Source: Candidatus Babeliales bacterium
GTDB lineage: Bacteria; Babelota; Babeliae; Babelales; JANWKD01
NCBI GenBank assembly: GCA_963722075.1
Contig: CAVRJM010000001.1
Coordinates: 992,001 to 1,056,000 of the forward strand
Length of the DNA: 64,000 bases
Reading direction: 5' to 3'
The notes below the pieces were generated by a model. That model saw only the letters and a program-made list of their open reading frames with translations. It was not told the origin of the DNA and ran no database searches. Below, piece after piece: positions 9,489 to 20,604 of the stretch. The position numbers and the translations under genes were made by a program. The stretch's first letter is position 1. Each line of letters begins with the position of its first letter.

Positions 9489-12203
9489 TTAGAATTTCCA
9501 ACGCATTTCTACTTCACCACCATAATCACCCCGTTCATCACGCATACCGCGCAGAGTGATGTCATCAGATAAGAAATACTCAACTTCTAATTTAATATCT
9601 TCAGATAAGCTAAAATTTTTCTGTATCATGCCACGCAACTGATCGTTAACATCAATTTCGATGGTCCCTCGAAAACCACCACGTCCTGATTGATCAGAAA
9701 AACCTGGTATAAAACGGATATGCTTAAACTGTTCTAATAACCCTTTAAAATACCCTTCCAATTTAGTCGCTGATTGCTCCGGACCAAAAATGATATTTTG
9801 CAACTTTTGCATAATCATTGCTGGCATCGCCAGACTTAATGATCCTTCTTCAGTTCCCGCCAGTAATAGGGTAATAATCTGTTCTTCAGTTAAGGGTGGC
9901 GTTGATTCAAAACTAATATGCGGTTGCTGTAACGATCCTTCACAACGCAATGTTATTTGATATTTTCTAATCTTGCCTTTTGCAATAAGCTCAACTAAAG
10001 GATCGTATAATTGATGCGGTAAAAAATGAATACCACAATGCGTAATAGAAAGCGGCCGATAGGGAAATGCTAATGTTCCTTTTTCTAAATATAAACTTCC
10101 CGTGCATTCTGGGTGTTGTAATCTTCCTTGTATAGCAACCGATCCTTGCACTGACGTATCTAAAAAGGATGTTTTCACTTCAATAGGATTTTTCGTTTCA
10201 ATGAATAAATTTAACCAACATTGTTCCTTTAAATCAGTTCGAGAATCAGTTAAATCATTAGTAACTGGTTTACCAAATTGAGCAAAGATATTTTTTTTAA
10301 AATAACCACGATCGATAATTATATTACCCGTTAATTCATTTTTCTTATTTTCATCATATACATACACAATAGTGCCGGAAAAAACAGCAAACAACTCTTT
10401 TTGTAAGGTTAAAAACGCTTTTTTTATAAGACATGGTGCATAAATATAATAGGGAGTTCCATTATTGCGCAAAAGTATATGTGCTCGCGAACAATATAAT
10501 GATCCTTTATCAAGCTCTAAAAGACAATCGTTAAGTACAATTTTTTTAGCTTTAAAATCTGCATGCATTACCGCTTTCAAATTTCTAATCAAACTATAGG
10601 TACCGGGTATGCGTATATTCCCTTCAATTAGTTCTAAAGAAGATTCTACTGATGATTCTTTATAGGTACCTTTTATATGTAAAATGCCTTGGCCCGGAAC
10701 TTTATAATTAAAAAGATGATTGGTAATTTCTTGACCAATACTGAAATCAATAACCCCATTAAACCCTTCTTGATCGCTCATAATTTGTATCAGCGGCTGT
10801 TCTTTTTTTTCATGTACCGTAAAATCTGTTAATGCAAAATGTGGCTGTAAAGTAAAAGAGCCCTTATATTTTTTTTTATTAAATTCACCTTTAATAGAAC
10901 AATCTTTAAAAGTTCCATCAATGGTCCCCTTTATACCATACGCAATTGATTTTGTTATCATATCTCGAGCATGCAATGTGTAGGATCCTGTATAGATCCC
11001 ATCCAACAAAGAAAGCTCAAACCATAATGCTTTTTTTTCAATAACTAATTCATTATGTATGGCAATATCAGCTACATTAGTAGCCTTAAGATAGCCAGTA
11101 CTGGCTTTTTCATCATAGTAACCACCAATATGAGCATCTTTTACATCATCAAAAAAATGATCCGCATGCATCACCCATTTTTGTTTATTATAATCAATAG
11201 CTATTTCTAAAGAGCCTAAAGGAATATTACACAAAGCGATATCGGTACATGTTAAGGATCCATTGAGCGTATCGGATAATTGTATGGTAAAATGACTTGT
11301 AATAGTCCCATTTAATACATCAGGTGCAACAAAAGGTATGAATGATGTTAAATAATGAGCTGGTATTGCTCCAATAACGGTACCATGCACGGCATGCGCT
11401 GTTTTAATCCAATTATAAAACATAAGATGCCACTGCTGATCAGAAGAATTAATAAAGAGCTGACCATTATTATTGCTCCAATGACCTTCAATAATATACT
11501 TTTGATCGTCAATGGGTAAATGCGGGAATAATAAGGTACTATACATATCGAGGCTAATTATATTATTTTTCCAATCGGGAATATCTAAATCAAAATGCCC
11601 CGAAAGAGCAGTACAATATTTCTTGCTATCATAAGTAACTTCACCTTCCATAAAATAAATTTGTAATTTTAACCATCCTTGTACATTGCTATAAGCACCA
11701 TTAAACAGGGTGCTATACGTCATGCTATTAGCACAATTATGTAAAAGAAAAGATCCATTATTAATGGTTAATGTTCTGAGTGTCGCAGGAAATCCTTCTG
11801 CACCAGCAATAAAATTTTGCAAATGCCCCACAATTGCTATTGATGAATGATCAAAGGTAGAATGGGAATCAAGATCATTTAAGGTAACTTCTATATCAAA
11901 TTTATTTTGAAATAAAAATGAAAGCCATGAAAAATGTATCTTAAAATAAGGTGCACGCCATTGCCATTGCCCCTCAGGATCCGTAACACATACTTCCCTA
12001 AGCTCTATGGTACCGGTGAGAACATTCACCCGTGTTACCGTTCCTTCTAAATAACTTTTAAAAGACGTTAAAAAAATCTTCTTTATTTGCAACTCAACAA
12101 AATGAATTACTTGGGGATCAAATTGAAGCAAGAGAAGCGCTATAATCACCGAAGCAAGAAATGATAAAAGCAGAGATCTAACGCATCTAAAGAACACATT
12201 CAT
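9489..12203 (-). CDS. tamB: TamB-family translocation/assembly module protein
   Basis: N-terminal TM; C-terminal ..FESTPPLTEEQIITLLLAG and YGGEVEMRWKF; ATG at 12203 overlaps the upstream stop. Confidence 0.75.
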   Translation of the reverse strand: MNVFFRCVRSLLLSFLASVIIALLLLQFDPQVIHFVELQIKKIFLTSFKSYLEGTVTRVNVLTGTIELREVCVTDPEGQWQWRAPYFKIHFSWLSFLFQNKFDIEVTLNDLDSHSTFDHSSIAIVGHLQNFIAGAEGFPATLRTLTINNGSFLLHNCANSMTYSTLFNGAYSNVQGWLKLQIYFMEGEVTYDSKKYCTALSGHFDLDIPDWKNNIISLDMYSTLLFPHLPIDDQKYIIEGHWSNNNGQLFINSSDQQWHLMFYNWIKTAHAVHGTVIGAIPAHYLTSFIPFVAPDVLNGTITSHFTIQLSDTLNGSLTCTDIALCNIPLGSLEIAIDYNKQKWVMHADHFFDDVKDAHIGGYYDEKASTGYLKATNVADIAIHNELVIEKKALWFELSLLDGIYTGSYTLHARDMITKSIAYGIKGTIDGTFKDCSIKGEFNKKKYKGSFTLQPHFALTDFTVHEKKEQPLIQIMSDQEGFNGVIDFSIGQEITNHLFNYKVPGQGILHIKGTYKESSVESSLELIEGNIRIPGTYSLIRNLKAVMHADFKAKKIVLNDCLLELDKGSLYCSRAHILLRNNGTPYYIYAPCLIKKAFLTLQKELFAVFSGTIVYVYDENKKNELTGNIIIDRGYFKKNIFAQFGKPVTNDLTDSRTDLKEQCWLNLFIETKNPIEVKTSFLDTSVQGSVAIQGRLQHPECTGSLYLEKGTLAFPYRPLSITHCGIHFLPHQLYDPLVELIAKGKIRKYQITLRCEGSLQQPHISFESTPPLTEEQIITLLLAGTEEGSLSLAMPAMIMQKLQNIIFGPEQSATKLEGYFKGLLEQFKHIRFIPGFSDQSGRGGFRGTIEIDVNDQLRGMIQKNFSLSEDIKLEVEYFLSDDITLRGMRDERGDYGGEVEMRWKF

Positions 12204-12703
12204 GGCATAAGAACCCAACGGTTCTGATACTCATATTTTCTTATATAAGGCAGTTGCGCACTTGGTATTGTTATTGCATACGCATATTGTTTAGTTGCGT
12301 CAATCAAATATATCGTTCCAGAGCTCATTGATCCATCAGGGAAAAATTGTATTTTATCGTGCACAAAGGTGATCGCTTGATTAATCTTGTGCAACGGTTG
12401 TGAGGGGGGGCCATAACATTCAGGTAAAAAACCAAATCGTATATTATTAGATAATGAATACGTACTTGAATCCACGGTATAACTTTGGCGAGCTTGATTA
12501 AATGTCAGCTTCTGTTCCTTATGAGTTGCTAATGCATATTGACGCAAATAGTAACAAACCATAGCCAATTTTTCTACTTCTGATTTAAGTACCGTGTTAT
12601 TTAAAAATGAAAGACTTGGTAACGCTAATCCTATAATAACCATGATAAGCGTAATAACTATGAGAAATTCCATGAGAAAAAACCCCTGCTTAGCAGTTAT
12701 CAC
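12200..12703 (-). CDS. Prepilin-type pseudopilin (GspH/FimT-like)
   Basis: GFFLMEFLIVITL N-methylation motif; I.FFPDG. Confidence 0.8.
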   Translation of the reverse strand: MITAKQGFFLMEFLIVITLIMVIIGLALPSLSFLNNTVLKSEVEKLAMVCYYLRQYALATHKEQKLTFNQARQSYTVDSSTYSLSNNIRFGFLPECYGPPSQPLHKINQAITFVHDKIQFFPDGSMSSGTIYLIDATKQYAYAITIPSAQLPYIRKYEYQNRWVLMP

Positions 12704-12715
12704 TTTTTTTCCCTT

Positions 12716-14425
12716 TTATTCTGGTTGATCCTCTTCGCTGGTGGCTACGCGCAACACTTCTTCCGGCGTTGTTAATCCTTCAGCAATTTTGGCAATACCA
12801 TCCTGAATTAAAAGTGTCATACCGTCAGCAATCGCCTGGCGTCTAATTACCGATGCATCAGCCTTTTCTATAGTAAGCTTAGCCACTTCACTGCTCATTT
12901 CCATTACTTCAAATATAGCAAGCCGCCCCTTATAGCCATTAACACATTCCTCACACGCCACTGGTTTATAAAAAGTAATTTTAGCTGCTTTTTCTTTACT
13001 TAATCCAAGCAAACGTAATACTTCATCATCAGGAGTGTATGGTTGTTTTGATTTTGGGCATAAGCGACGTACTAAACGTTGCGCCAATACACTCACCACT
13101 GAAGAAGCAATTAAGAATGGTTCAATTCCCATATCGATTAATCGGGTAATACTGGCAGGCGCATTATTAGTATGTATCGTTGTTAGTACTAAGTGCCCCG
13201 TAAGTGCCGCTTGGATAGCAATTTGCGCTGTTTCTTGATCGCGCGTTTCACCAATCATAATAATATCTGGATCTTGCCGTAAAATAGAACGTAAAGCAGC
13301 AGCAAAAGTTAAACCAATTTTAGCATTCACTTGCACTTGACCAATACCCGCCATTTGATATTCAACAGGATCTTCCACCGTAACCACGTTAACTTCAGGT
13401 TTATTTAAGCGGCTTAAAATTGAATATAACGTCGATGTTTTACCAGACCCAGTAGGACCTGAGACCAATATAATACCGTTAGCACGCGCTGTGCTTTTAG
13501 TGATCACCTCAAAATCACGTTTACTAAATCCAAGTTGTTCAAGAGCCCCAAATGTTTTTGATTTATCAAGAAGTCGCATTACAATTCGTTCACCAAAAGT
13601 GACCGGCAATACCGAAACACGAATATCGATTGCTTTATCGGCAACTTTAATTTGAATTCTCCCATCTTGCGGCAATCGCTTTTCAGCAATATTAAGATTT
13701 GCCATAATTTTTATTCGCGAAGATAATGCTGCTTGCACCCGTTTAGGAGGCGTAAATGCTGGATACATAATACCATCAATTCGATAACGAACACGCACTT
13801 CTTTTTCATACGGTTCAATATGAATATCTGAAGCGCCGCGCTTAACTGCCTGCACAAAGATATGATTTACTAATTTGATTATGGGCGCTTCACCAGCCAT
13901 AGTAAGGATATCTTTTTCTTCGATCTCCTCAAATTCCATAGCCTCAGGCATTCCCTTTTCTTCTTCAAGCTCCTCAATCATCTGCTTGGTACCCTCAAGC
14001 GGATAATAGCGATTGATTCCTTCTATAATAACCTCTTTGGTTGCAACAGCCCGCTGCACATCACCGCCCAACAGCATCGTCAGCTCGTCAAGCGGTTGAA
14101 AGAGCGTAGGATTTGAAGTAATTAAGGTTACTGCACCGTTATACATAACCGGCATAATACTATTTTGCCGTAAAAATTTAAGCGGAATTCTACCAAGTAA
14201 GGCCGGATCAGCCATTTTTTCAGTAATTTTTTCTATAAAGGGAAGTCCTGTTTGCTCTGCATAGGCACGGGCAATATCCTCATTGGTTACAAACTGATGC
14301 TCTACTAAACAATCCGCCATTGATTGCCCCGTAGTGCTTATTTTGGCGGAGCACTCTTTTATTTGATCCTGACTTATAATACCCCGATCAAGTAAAATCG
14401 TTATTATATCTTTTTTAATTACCAT
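12716..14425 (-). CDS. gspE: Type II secretion/pilus assembly ATPase GspE/PilB
   Basis: ASDIHIEP, GPTGSGKT, TVEDPVE, LRQDPDIIMIGETRD; N-terminal MshEN-like region; start could be the TTG at 14446. Confidence 0.9.
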   Translation of the reverse strand: MVIKKDIITILLDRGIISQDQIKECSAKISTTGQSMADCLVEHQFVTNEDIARAYAEQTGLPFIEKITEKMADPALLGRIPLKFLRQNSIMPVMYNGAVTLITSNPTLFQPLDELTMLLGGDVQRAVATKEVIIEGINRYYPLEGTKQMIEELEEEKGMPEAMEFEEIEEKDILTMAGEAPIIKLVNHIFVQAVKRGASDIHIEPYEKEVRVRYRIDGIMYPAFTPPKRVQAALSSRIKIMANLNIAEKRLPQDGRIQIKVADKAIDIRVSVLPVTFGERIVMRLLDKSKTFGALEQLGFSKRDFEVITKSTARANGIILVSGPTGSGKTSTLYSILSRLNKPEVNVVTVEDPVEYQMAGIGQVQVNAKIGLTFAAALRSILRQDPDIIMIGETRDQETAQIAIQAALTGHLVLTTIHTNNAPASITRLIDMGIEPFLIASSVVSVLAQRLVRRLCPKSKQPYTPDDEVLRLLGLSKEKAAKITFYKPVACEECVNGYKGRLAIFEVMEMSSEVAKLTIEKADASVIRRQAIADGMTLLIQDGIAKIAEGLTTPEEVLRVATSEEDQPE

Positions 14426-14612
14426 ATTTGATCTTTCAACCGACAAATGAAGAACTTTTTATAGAATACTACTGATATGCATCAAGATACCAGATTTTTA
14501 TAAATTATGGTGCAGCATGTTCACTTGCTCGCCCTTTAAACGTATGGTAGTCTATATTATATAGAAAGAGTGTTACACAAATAAATTTCTAATTGCAAAA
14601 ATTAATCCCAAG

Positions 14613-14723
14613 CGTCATCCCGAGCTTGCGTGGGGATCCATTAATAAAATGAATAACCTATTAATGGATTGTTTCGTAAACCCTGTCCGCCGAAGCCCGG
14701 GGCGAAGGCTGGATCGCAATGAC
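14613..14723. repeat. REP/RPE-like palindrome pair
   Basis: cgtcatcccgagcttgcgtggggatccattaata ... tattaatggattgtttcg..ccgccgaagc..ggcgaaggctggatcgcaatgac. Confidence 0.8.
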
Positions 14724-14747
14724 ATCCACTTATCAAGGTTCTAGTAA

Positions 14748-15629
14748 ATGAGTAAAAACCTCAAAGTACAACAAATTATTACCATTATTTTATTTGCACT
14801 TTTCTTATCTTCCTGCAAAAAAAGTAAATGGGAAATAACGCCAACTTATTATAAATCAAAGTATTCTGAAACTGCTGATAAAAAAGAAAAGCCAGCGCGT
14901 CCTTCGGTCATGAACCGAAACCCACAAAATCTTACCTTTGATGAATTAAAAGTTGCCAAAAATTATGCCCAACAAACCGGTAACAAACGACAGATTATTA
15001 TTTACTTAGAAAATATGGTAAAACAATGCATCGATCCAAATCTATTAAAAGATATCAATTTAGAACTTGCTGATTTGCATTTTGAACTAGGCAACATGGA
15101 ACAAGCTTCTAAATTATATACCGCATACATTAATTTGTTTCCCGGCAGCCCACAACGCGCTTATGTTCATTACCAAGCCATTTTATGTAAATTTTATAGT
15201 ACCTTTACTCCTGATCGGGACCAAACGCGAACTGAAGAAACATTCAAATTAACACAATTATATTTAGATGTTGTAGGTAAACAAGATGAGTTATATAAAG
15301 AATATGCCGATGAAGTAAGCTCAATACAAAAACAATGTTGCAAAAAATTATATGATCATGAAAAGGATATTTTTAACTTTTATTTCAAAAAAAGAAACTA
15401 CAAAGCAGCACAAGTGCATTTAGATGAAATGAAAAAAACATTTATTGCACTTATGAAATCAGACGTAGAGCCTGAACTTATTGCGTTAGAATGTTCCTTA
15501 GCTACCAAACAAGGAAATAATCAATTATTTGAACTCAAACAACATGAGCTGATTACTAAATATCCACACCAGGCTACTATAACCTTAGCAGCAAACCTTC
15601 CTAAAACTGATCATGTCACTCGCTTCTAG
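14748..15629 (+). CDS. bamD: Outer membrane assembly lipoprotein BamD
   Basis: Lipobox-like LSSC; TPR-like helices; FPGS and DRDQT motifs. Confidence 0.75.
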   Translation: MSKNLKVQQIITIILFALFLSSCKKSKWEITPTYYKSKYSETADKKEKPARPSVMNRNPQNLTFDELKVAKNYAQQTGNKRQIIIYLENMVKQCIDPNLLKDINLELADLHFELGNMEQASKLYTAYINLFPGSPQRAYVHYQAILCKFYSTFTPDRDQTRTEETFKLTQLYLDVVGKQDELYKEYADEVSSIQKQCCKKLYDHEKDIFNFYFKKRNYKAAQVHLDEMKKTFIALMKSDVEPELIALECSLATKQGNNQLFELKQHELITKYPHQATITLAANLPKTDHVTRF

Positions 15630-15996
15630 CTACCAGATTAATAAAAAGCTTGGTAATGAAGGAGAACAAGCCGTTGGCAAATGGTTAGAAAAAAAAGGAT
15701 TTACGATTCGTGCTTATAATTATAAATCGCGAACCGGTGAAATTGATATTATTGCCTACTATAAAGATATCGTTGCTTTTGTAGAAGTTAAAGTACGAAC
15801 CACTGAGTATTTTAATAATTCATTAGTGGTAAATCACACTAAGCAACAAAAAATTATAAAAACGGCACTCTTTTTTTGTGCAACTGAACGTATTACTGAT
15901 AAAGTGTTACGTTTTGATGTGGCATTATTAAAACCAATTAGCAGCACCTTTGAAATTACGTATATTGAAAATGCGTTTACTCAGAAGGAATGGTAA
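15613..15996 (+). CDS. yraN: YraN-family (UPF0102) nuclease-like protein
   Basis: G..GE..., GEIDIIA, FVEVKVR, RFDV, IENAF. Confidence 0.93.
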   Translation: MSLASSYQINKKLGNEGEQAVGKWLEKKGFTIRAYNYKSRTGEIDIIAYYKDIVAFVEVKVRTTEYFNNSLVVNHTKQQKIIKTALFFCATERITDKVLRFDVALLKPISSTFEITYIENAFTQKEW

Positions 15997-16062
15997 TATA
16001 ATTAATGGATCCTTATCCTTTTTTTTCCAAGGGCATTCGCTGAAAAGTCATCATAACTAGCC

Positions 16063-16358
16063 TTATGTTCAAAGCCGAAAAATATATATGTAGAAAACCG
16101 TCGTTGCGATCCAGCCTTCGCTCGAAGAGCTTTGGAGGAGAAGCAATCCAGGCAGCATTATAAACTTTCATTCAGATCAGAATTAAACTTACCAATTTAT
16201 TTACTTCTTGATAGATTTGCTTGTAGAGAAAATTAATTAAATTTATTATTTAGTATCGATTTCATTTATTTTAACCTGGATTGCTTCTCCGCCGAAGCTC
16301 TTCGAGCGAAGGCTGGATCGCAACGACGTACATTTGTAAATTTTTATCAATTGAGCGA
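16063..16358. repeat. Composite palindromic element with 54-bp inverted arms (16099-16152 and 16275-16328)
   Basis: Arms are reverse complements at 52/54 positions (hand count); AT-rich core between them. Confidence 0.9.
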
Positions 16359-16378
16359 TATTTTATTGATAAACCTTT

Positions 16379-16412
16379 GTCATTCCGAACGAAGTGTGGG
16401 AATCCATTAATA
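16379..16412. repeat. REP/RPE-like unit
   Basis: gtcattccgaacgaagtgtgggaatccattaata; similar to 48476-48510, including the following aataaaatcaaaattat. Confidence 0.75.
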
Positions 16413-16428
16413 AAATAAAATCAAAATT

Positions 16429-17097
16429 ATGAATTACACCGAACTTAAAAAAAGAATAATCACCGGAAGCTTAATTGGCACCACGCTTAGTTCAATTTTC
16501 TTTTTCTTACCACCAACTTTCACTACCATCCTTTTACTAAGTTGCTTAATCGAAATCCTCATTTTCGAAATGCCACGTCTTCTTAATTACCAAAAAATCA
16601 GCTCATGGATTTTTACGATCTTTTACCCCATTTTTCCCTTTTATTTACTTATTACCTTAAATCAATCTAATCAACGAATGTTATTACTATTTATTTTTGT
16701 AGTTACTTTTGCTCATGATATAGGTGCTTATTTTGCAGGCAATTTTTTTGGCAAACATAAATTGCTCCCTTCGGTAAGCCCTAAAAAAACATGGGAAGGT
16801 TTTGTAGGCGGCATTATAGCCGTATTTATAATGGTGGTTGTTTTTTACAAAGCATCTTTTGTAGCACTTATTTTAGGATCTCTGGCAATCGCCTGCGCAG
16901 CAACCATTGGTGATTTATTTGAATCATGGCTAAAACGGAAAGCAAGTATTAAAGATACGGGAACATTACTACCAGGACATGGTGGATTATTGGATAGGTT
17001 TGATAGTATCTTGTTTGTCGCAATAATTATATATTTTCTGCATTATTATTATTTTGATTTTGCAAGTCCGGTATTTTTCTCGCCAAAAATACCGTAG
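16429..17097 (+). CDS. cdsA: Phosphatidate cytidylyltransferase
   Basis: DIGAYFAG, SPKKTWEG, GDLFESWLKR, PGHGGLLDRFDS. Confidence 0.95.
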   Translation: MNYTELKKRIITGSLIGTTLSSIFFFLPPTFTTILLLSCLIEILIFEMPRLLNYQKISSWIFTIFYPIFPFYLLITLNQSNQRMLLLFIFVVTFAHDIGAYFAGNFFGKHKLLPSVSPKKTWEGFVGGIIAVFIMVVVFYKASFVALILGSLAIACAATIGDLFESWLKRKASIKDTGTLLPGHGGLLDRFDSILFVAIIIYFLHYYYFDFASPVFFSPKIP

Positions 17098-17120
17098 ACA
17101 AAAAGGCGCCAACATGCTGT

Positions 17121-17143
17121 TGGATTGCTTCGCTCCGGATGAC
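17121..17143. repeat. Short REP-like remnant between converging cdsA and hisS
   Basis: tggattgcttcgctccggatgac. Confidence 0.6.
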
Positions 17144-17168
17144 AAATGAAATAAATGATATAAGAATT

Positions 17169-18425
17169 TTATCTCTTTAAATAACTTACTAATGCAGTTT
17201 GATCAATCAGTTCTTCACTACCTGTTATCATATCTTTAACCATAACCTTACGCGCTTCTTGTTCTTGAGAACCAATAAGTAATACATACCGCGCTCCCAT
17301 CTTATTTGCTTTGCGCATCATACTTTTGAGCGAATCATCTTCCAGCATAATATCAACACAGAGCTGCTGCGCTTGCAATTCATCAGCAAGTAATAACGCC
17401 AATGAATGCTGTTCCTTACTTAAAGGAATTATTATATGTAAGGTAGGAGGCATTTCCAATGGTAACTGGGCCATCATTGGCTCAAGTAATAATGTTAACC
17501 TCTCTATACCAATTGACGCACCAACGGCAGGAACATCAGTAGGTGCACCCAATTGTGTAGCAAGCCTATTATAACGTCCACCCCCACAAAATGCTCGTTG
17601 CGCTCCTAAATTATCACTGACAAATTCAAAGACTGTTTTATCATAATAATCAAGACCACGTACCAAATAAGGAGAATAACTAAAAGAAATGGAAAGAATA
17701 TGTAACTGATCTTGCAGCCGATGCCATTCAGCCTCACATTCTTTGCATAAATTATCGGCAATGCGTGGCGCGTTCTCATACAATACTCTACAGGTAGCAA
17801 CCTTACAATCAAAAACGCGCAAAATATTATGTTCTTTGCGAAGTAAGCAATCAGCGCACAATTGTTCTTGAACATTATTTAAAAATTCATACAATTTTTT
17901 TTTAAAGCGCTGACGATCATCAAAACACCCTAAATAATTAATTAATAACGCATACACATCAAGCTTAAAAGCTTCTTGAAATAACCGATCGAGCATTTTG
18001 ATAAGTTGCACATCCTGCGCAACAGATTCCGATGCAATAACTTCATAAGTAACTTGATGGAATTCACGAAACCGCCCTTTTTGAGGACGTTCATGGCGAA
18101 ACATCGGTCCAATGGAATATACTTTCCATGGTGTGGTTAGTTGCTCTTTATGTTCTAGATAGGTGCGCATCGTTGGCGCGGTTGCTTCAGGCCGTAAACA
18201 TAAAGAATCTGGTTGGGTTGCGTCACCAATAATAAACATCTCCTTGCTTACCACGTCAGTCTGTAAACCCAATGAGCGTTTAAAAAGCTCCGTATGCTCT
18301 AAAATAGGAGTTTCAATTTGATTAAAATGATAATAAAGCGCATGCTGATGAATTATTTTTTGAACATATGAAACTAAACGAAAATCTAAAATGTCGTGTG
18401 TCCCTTTTACGCGCGAAATCATCAT
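17169..18425 (-). CDS. hisS: Histidine--tRNA ligase
   Basis: LRPEATA, FRHERPQKGRFREFHQ, LVRGLDYY, GGGRY. Confidence 0.97.
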   Translation of the reverse strand: MMISRVKGTHDILDFRLVSYVQKIIHQHALYYHFNQIETPILEHTELFKRSLGLQTDVVSKEMFIIGDATQPDSLCLRPEATAPTMRTYLEHKEQLTTPWKVYSIGPMFRHERPQKGRFREFHQVTYEVIASESVAQDVQLIKMLDRLFQEAFKLDVYALLINYLGCFDDRQRFKKKLYEFLNNVQEQLCADCLLRKEHNILRVFDCKVATCRVLYENAPRIADNLCKECEAEWHRLQDQLHILSISFSYSPYLVRGLDYYDKTVFEFVSDNLGAQRAFCGGGRYNRLATQLGAPTDVPAVGASIGIERLTLLLEPMMAQLPLEMPPTLHIIIPLSKEQHSLALLLADELQAQQLCVDIMLEDDSLKSMMRKANKMGARYVLLIGSQEQEARKVMVKDMITGSEELIDQTALVSYLKR

Positions 18426-18465
18426 AGTAACCTTATAAAATTAAAATTTTCGACTTATTTATTCA

Positions 18466-18546
18466 CTGGATTCTTACGCTACCGCCCAGAATGACATTCC
18501 TGTCCATCGTCATCCTGAGGAGTCGGAAGACGACGTGAGGATCCAG
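18466..18546. repeat. REP/RPE-like doublet
   Basis: ctggattcttacg..cagaatgac ... cgtcatcctgaggagtcggaagacgacgtgaggatccag. Confidence 0.8.
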
Positions 18547-18961
18547 TAAGTATAAATGATACATTTTTTATAAATGGATCCAACCTTCGTTAAAACTACA
18601 AAGCACTATCATTTCTCAAGATCGCAATGAAAGCACTGTCTCAATGCAAGTTTTGAATAGAATTTTATAGCTTTTCCCTCCAAAACTCAATAGATGTCAG
18701 TTTATCAAATAAAAATTTTTTTACATTTTTTTAAAAAAATAGTTGACTTACTTTTATATAAATTGATAAAACACAGTTCAAAGAGGTGTAATCAAGGCTA
18801 AAAAAAGGAGAGCTGCCTATGAAATAGATTGATAGCTCACTTAAAAACGAACAAAAAAAAAGAAAAAAAACAAAAAATATTGACTCATGTTAGTTAAAAT
18901 TGTTATGAAAAAGAGAAATAAGTAACGGTAGTTTATTTTAACACTTCAAAAAGGAGTATTT

Positions 18962-20584
18962 ATGAACAAAAAACTGCTCAAGGTCAGTTTACTTGCGCTG
19001 GGGGCTGTCTTTATGCCTGCCATTAATGGCGCAAGCGTAATAGATGACACCGGAGACAATGGCAAATATAATGGCGACGTAAGTGGCCATACCTTCTTAT
19101 CAGTTCGTCCTCAATTTCAAAGCGGTATGCCAGAAAAAGAATCACTCTGGCGCAGAAGAGCAACCCCTGGCCCATGTGGTTTAGGTCGTGATTGCGGATG
19201 GGGTGGCGCAGTTCAAGTAGTTGGTTTTGGTGGCCAATCCAATAAATCAGCACGTCTTGGCGAATTCTTCATGTATGGTGGTTCTAATCAACTCTTTGTA
19301 AGTTCAAATCAAGAACTATTCCCTCAAATAGATCCTGCTAACTTTGGTCTTTTTGCTGTTACTCCTGACACTCAATATAGCAGTACTATCCAATTTAATC
19401 CACGTGAAAGCGATGGTGGTGTTGGTTTTGAATGGCGTCAATATTTAGGATGCGTTTCTGAATGCGCAGGCAACTGGTGGTTTGACATCTCATTCCCGGT
19501 AGTACAAATAAGCAACCGCGTTACCCTAACAGAATTAAATAGAACTGTTTCAGGGGCCGGTGATTTTGAAGCCGGAAGCGCTACCAGTATGATCCAAGCA
19601 TTCCAAGGCACTGTCCCTTTTGATTTTCTTAATCCAGAAGGAAGTCATTCAGTTGGGCCTATGCTCTATGGCCTTATTCCAAGCCCTACCGGTTATTTAA
19701 GAAAATCGGGCGTTGCTGATCTTGAACTTAAAATTGGCTATGATGCATTATGCACTGAGTGCTGTTTCATTAATGGCTATGTAGGTGTGTTAGTACCAAC
19801 GGGCAACAGACCTAAAGCAAAATACATTTTTGAACCAATTGTTGGTCATAACCATCACGTAGGATTCCTCTTTGGTAGTGCTATGTTCTATGATTGTTGG
19901 TCAGATTGCGATAGAAACTTAACCTGGGAAGTTGCATTTGATAGCAGATACTTATTCAGTGGGCATGAAACCCGTTCATTTGATTTAAAATATCGTCCAT
20001 GGAGCCGTTACCTCTTAGTATACGCAAGCGCTGCTGATGCCGTTGCAGGTATAGTATCTCCTGGTATCAACTACTTCACGCAAGAATTTAAAGTTACGCC
20101 ACGCTTCTATACCACAATAGATACTTCCCTCGTATATACTTCAATGTGCGGACTTCAAGCGCAAGTTGGTTGGAACTTCTGGGCACGCGAATCAGAAAAA
20201 CTTAAACTCAAAAATCCATTCCCTAATGGTATAGCAGTTGCAGCATTAAATTCAGGAAACGAACAACTGCCAAATGCAACCAACCTCTTAAGTAATATTG
20301 GTAATAATAATGGTTGTGCGACGCCTGGTGTAATATGTACCGGCCAAGTTTCTCTTCCAACCGTTTATGGTATATCAACCACTCTTAACTCCTCAAACAT
20401 TGATTTTGCATCCGCAACAAACCCTGCAGTTATTTCTAATATAATTTATGGTACGGTTGGCTATGACTTTGATATTTGCTGTTATCCTACGTTTGCTGCT
20501 GTTGGTGGTTCATATGAATTCCCAGCAGTTAATACAGCGCTTACTCGTTGGAAAGTTTGGGGTAAGGTAGGTATTTCATTCTAA
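18962..20584 (+). CDS. Secreted Cys-rich putative outer-membrane beta-barrel protein (paralog family)
   Basis: Signal peptide, amphipathic strands, C-terminal WKVWGKVGISF; strong RBS aaggag; paralogs at 22159 and 49382. Confidence 0.7.
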   Translation: MNKKLLKVSLLALGAVFMPAINGASVIDDTGDNGKYNGDVSGHTFLSVRPQFQSGMPEKESLWRRRATPGPCGLGRDCGWGGAVQVVGFGGQSNKSARLGEFFMYGGSNQLFVSSNQELFPQIDPANFGLFAVTPDTQYSSTIQFNPRESDGGVGFEWRQYLGCVSECAGNWWFDISFPVVQISNRVTLTELNRTVSGAGDFEAGSATSMIQAFQGTVPFDFLNPEGSHSVGPMLYGLIPSPTGYLRKSGVADLELKIGYDALCTECCFINGYVGVLVPTGNRPKAKYIFEPIVGHNHHVGFLFGSAMFYDCWSDCDRNLTWEVAFDSRYLFSGHETRSFDLKYRPWSRYLLVYASAADAVAGIVSPGINYFTQEFKVTPRFYTTIDTSLVYTSMCGLQAQVGWNFWARESEKLKLKNPFPNGIAVAALNSGNEQLPNATNLLSNIGNNNGCATPGVICTGQVSLPTVYGISTTLNSSNIDFASATNPAVISNIIYGTVGYDFDICCYPTFAAVGGSYEFPAVNTALTRWKVWGKVGISF

Positions 20585-20604
20585 TATAAAAAGGAATATA
20601 AATT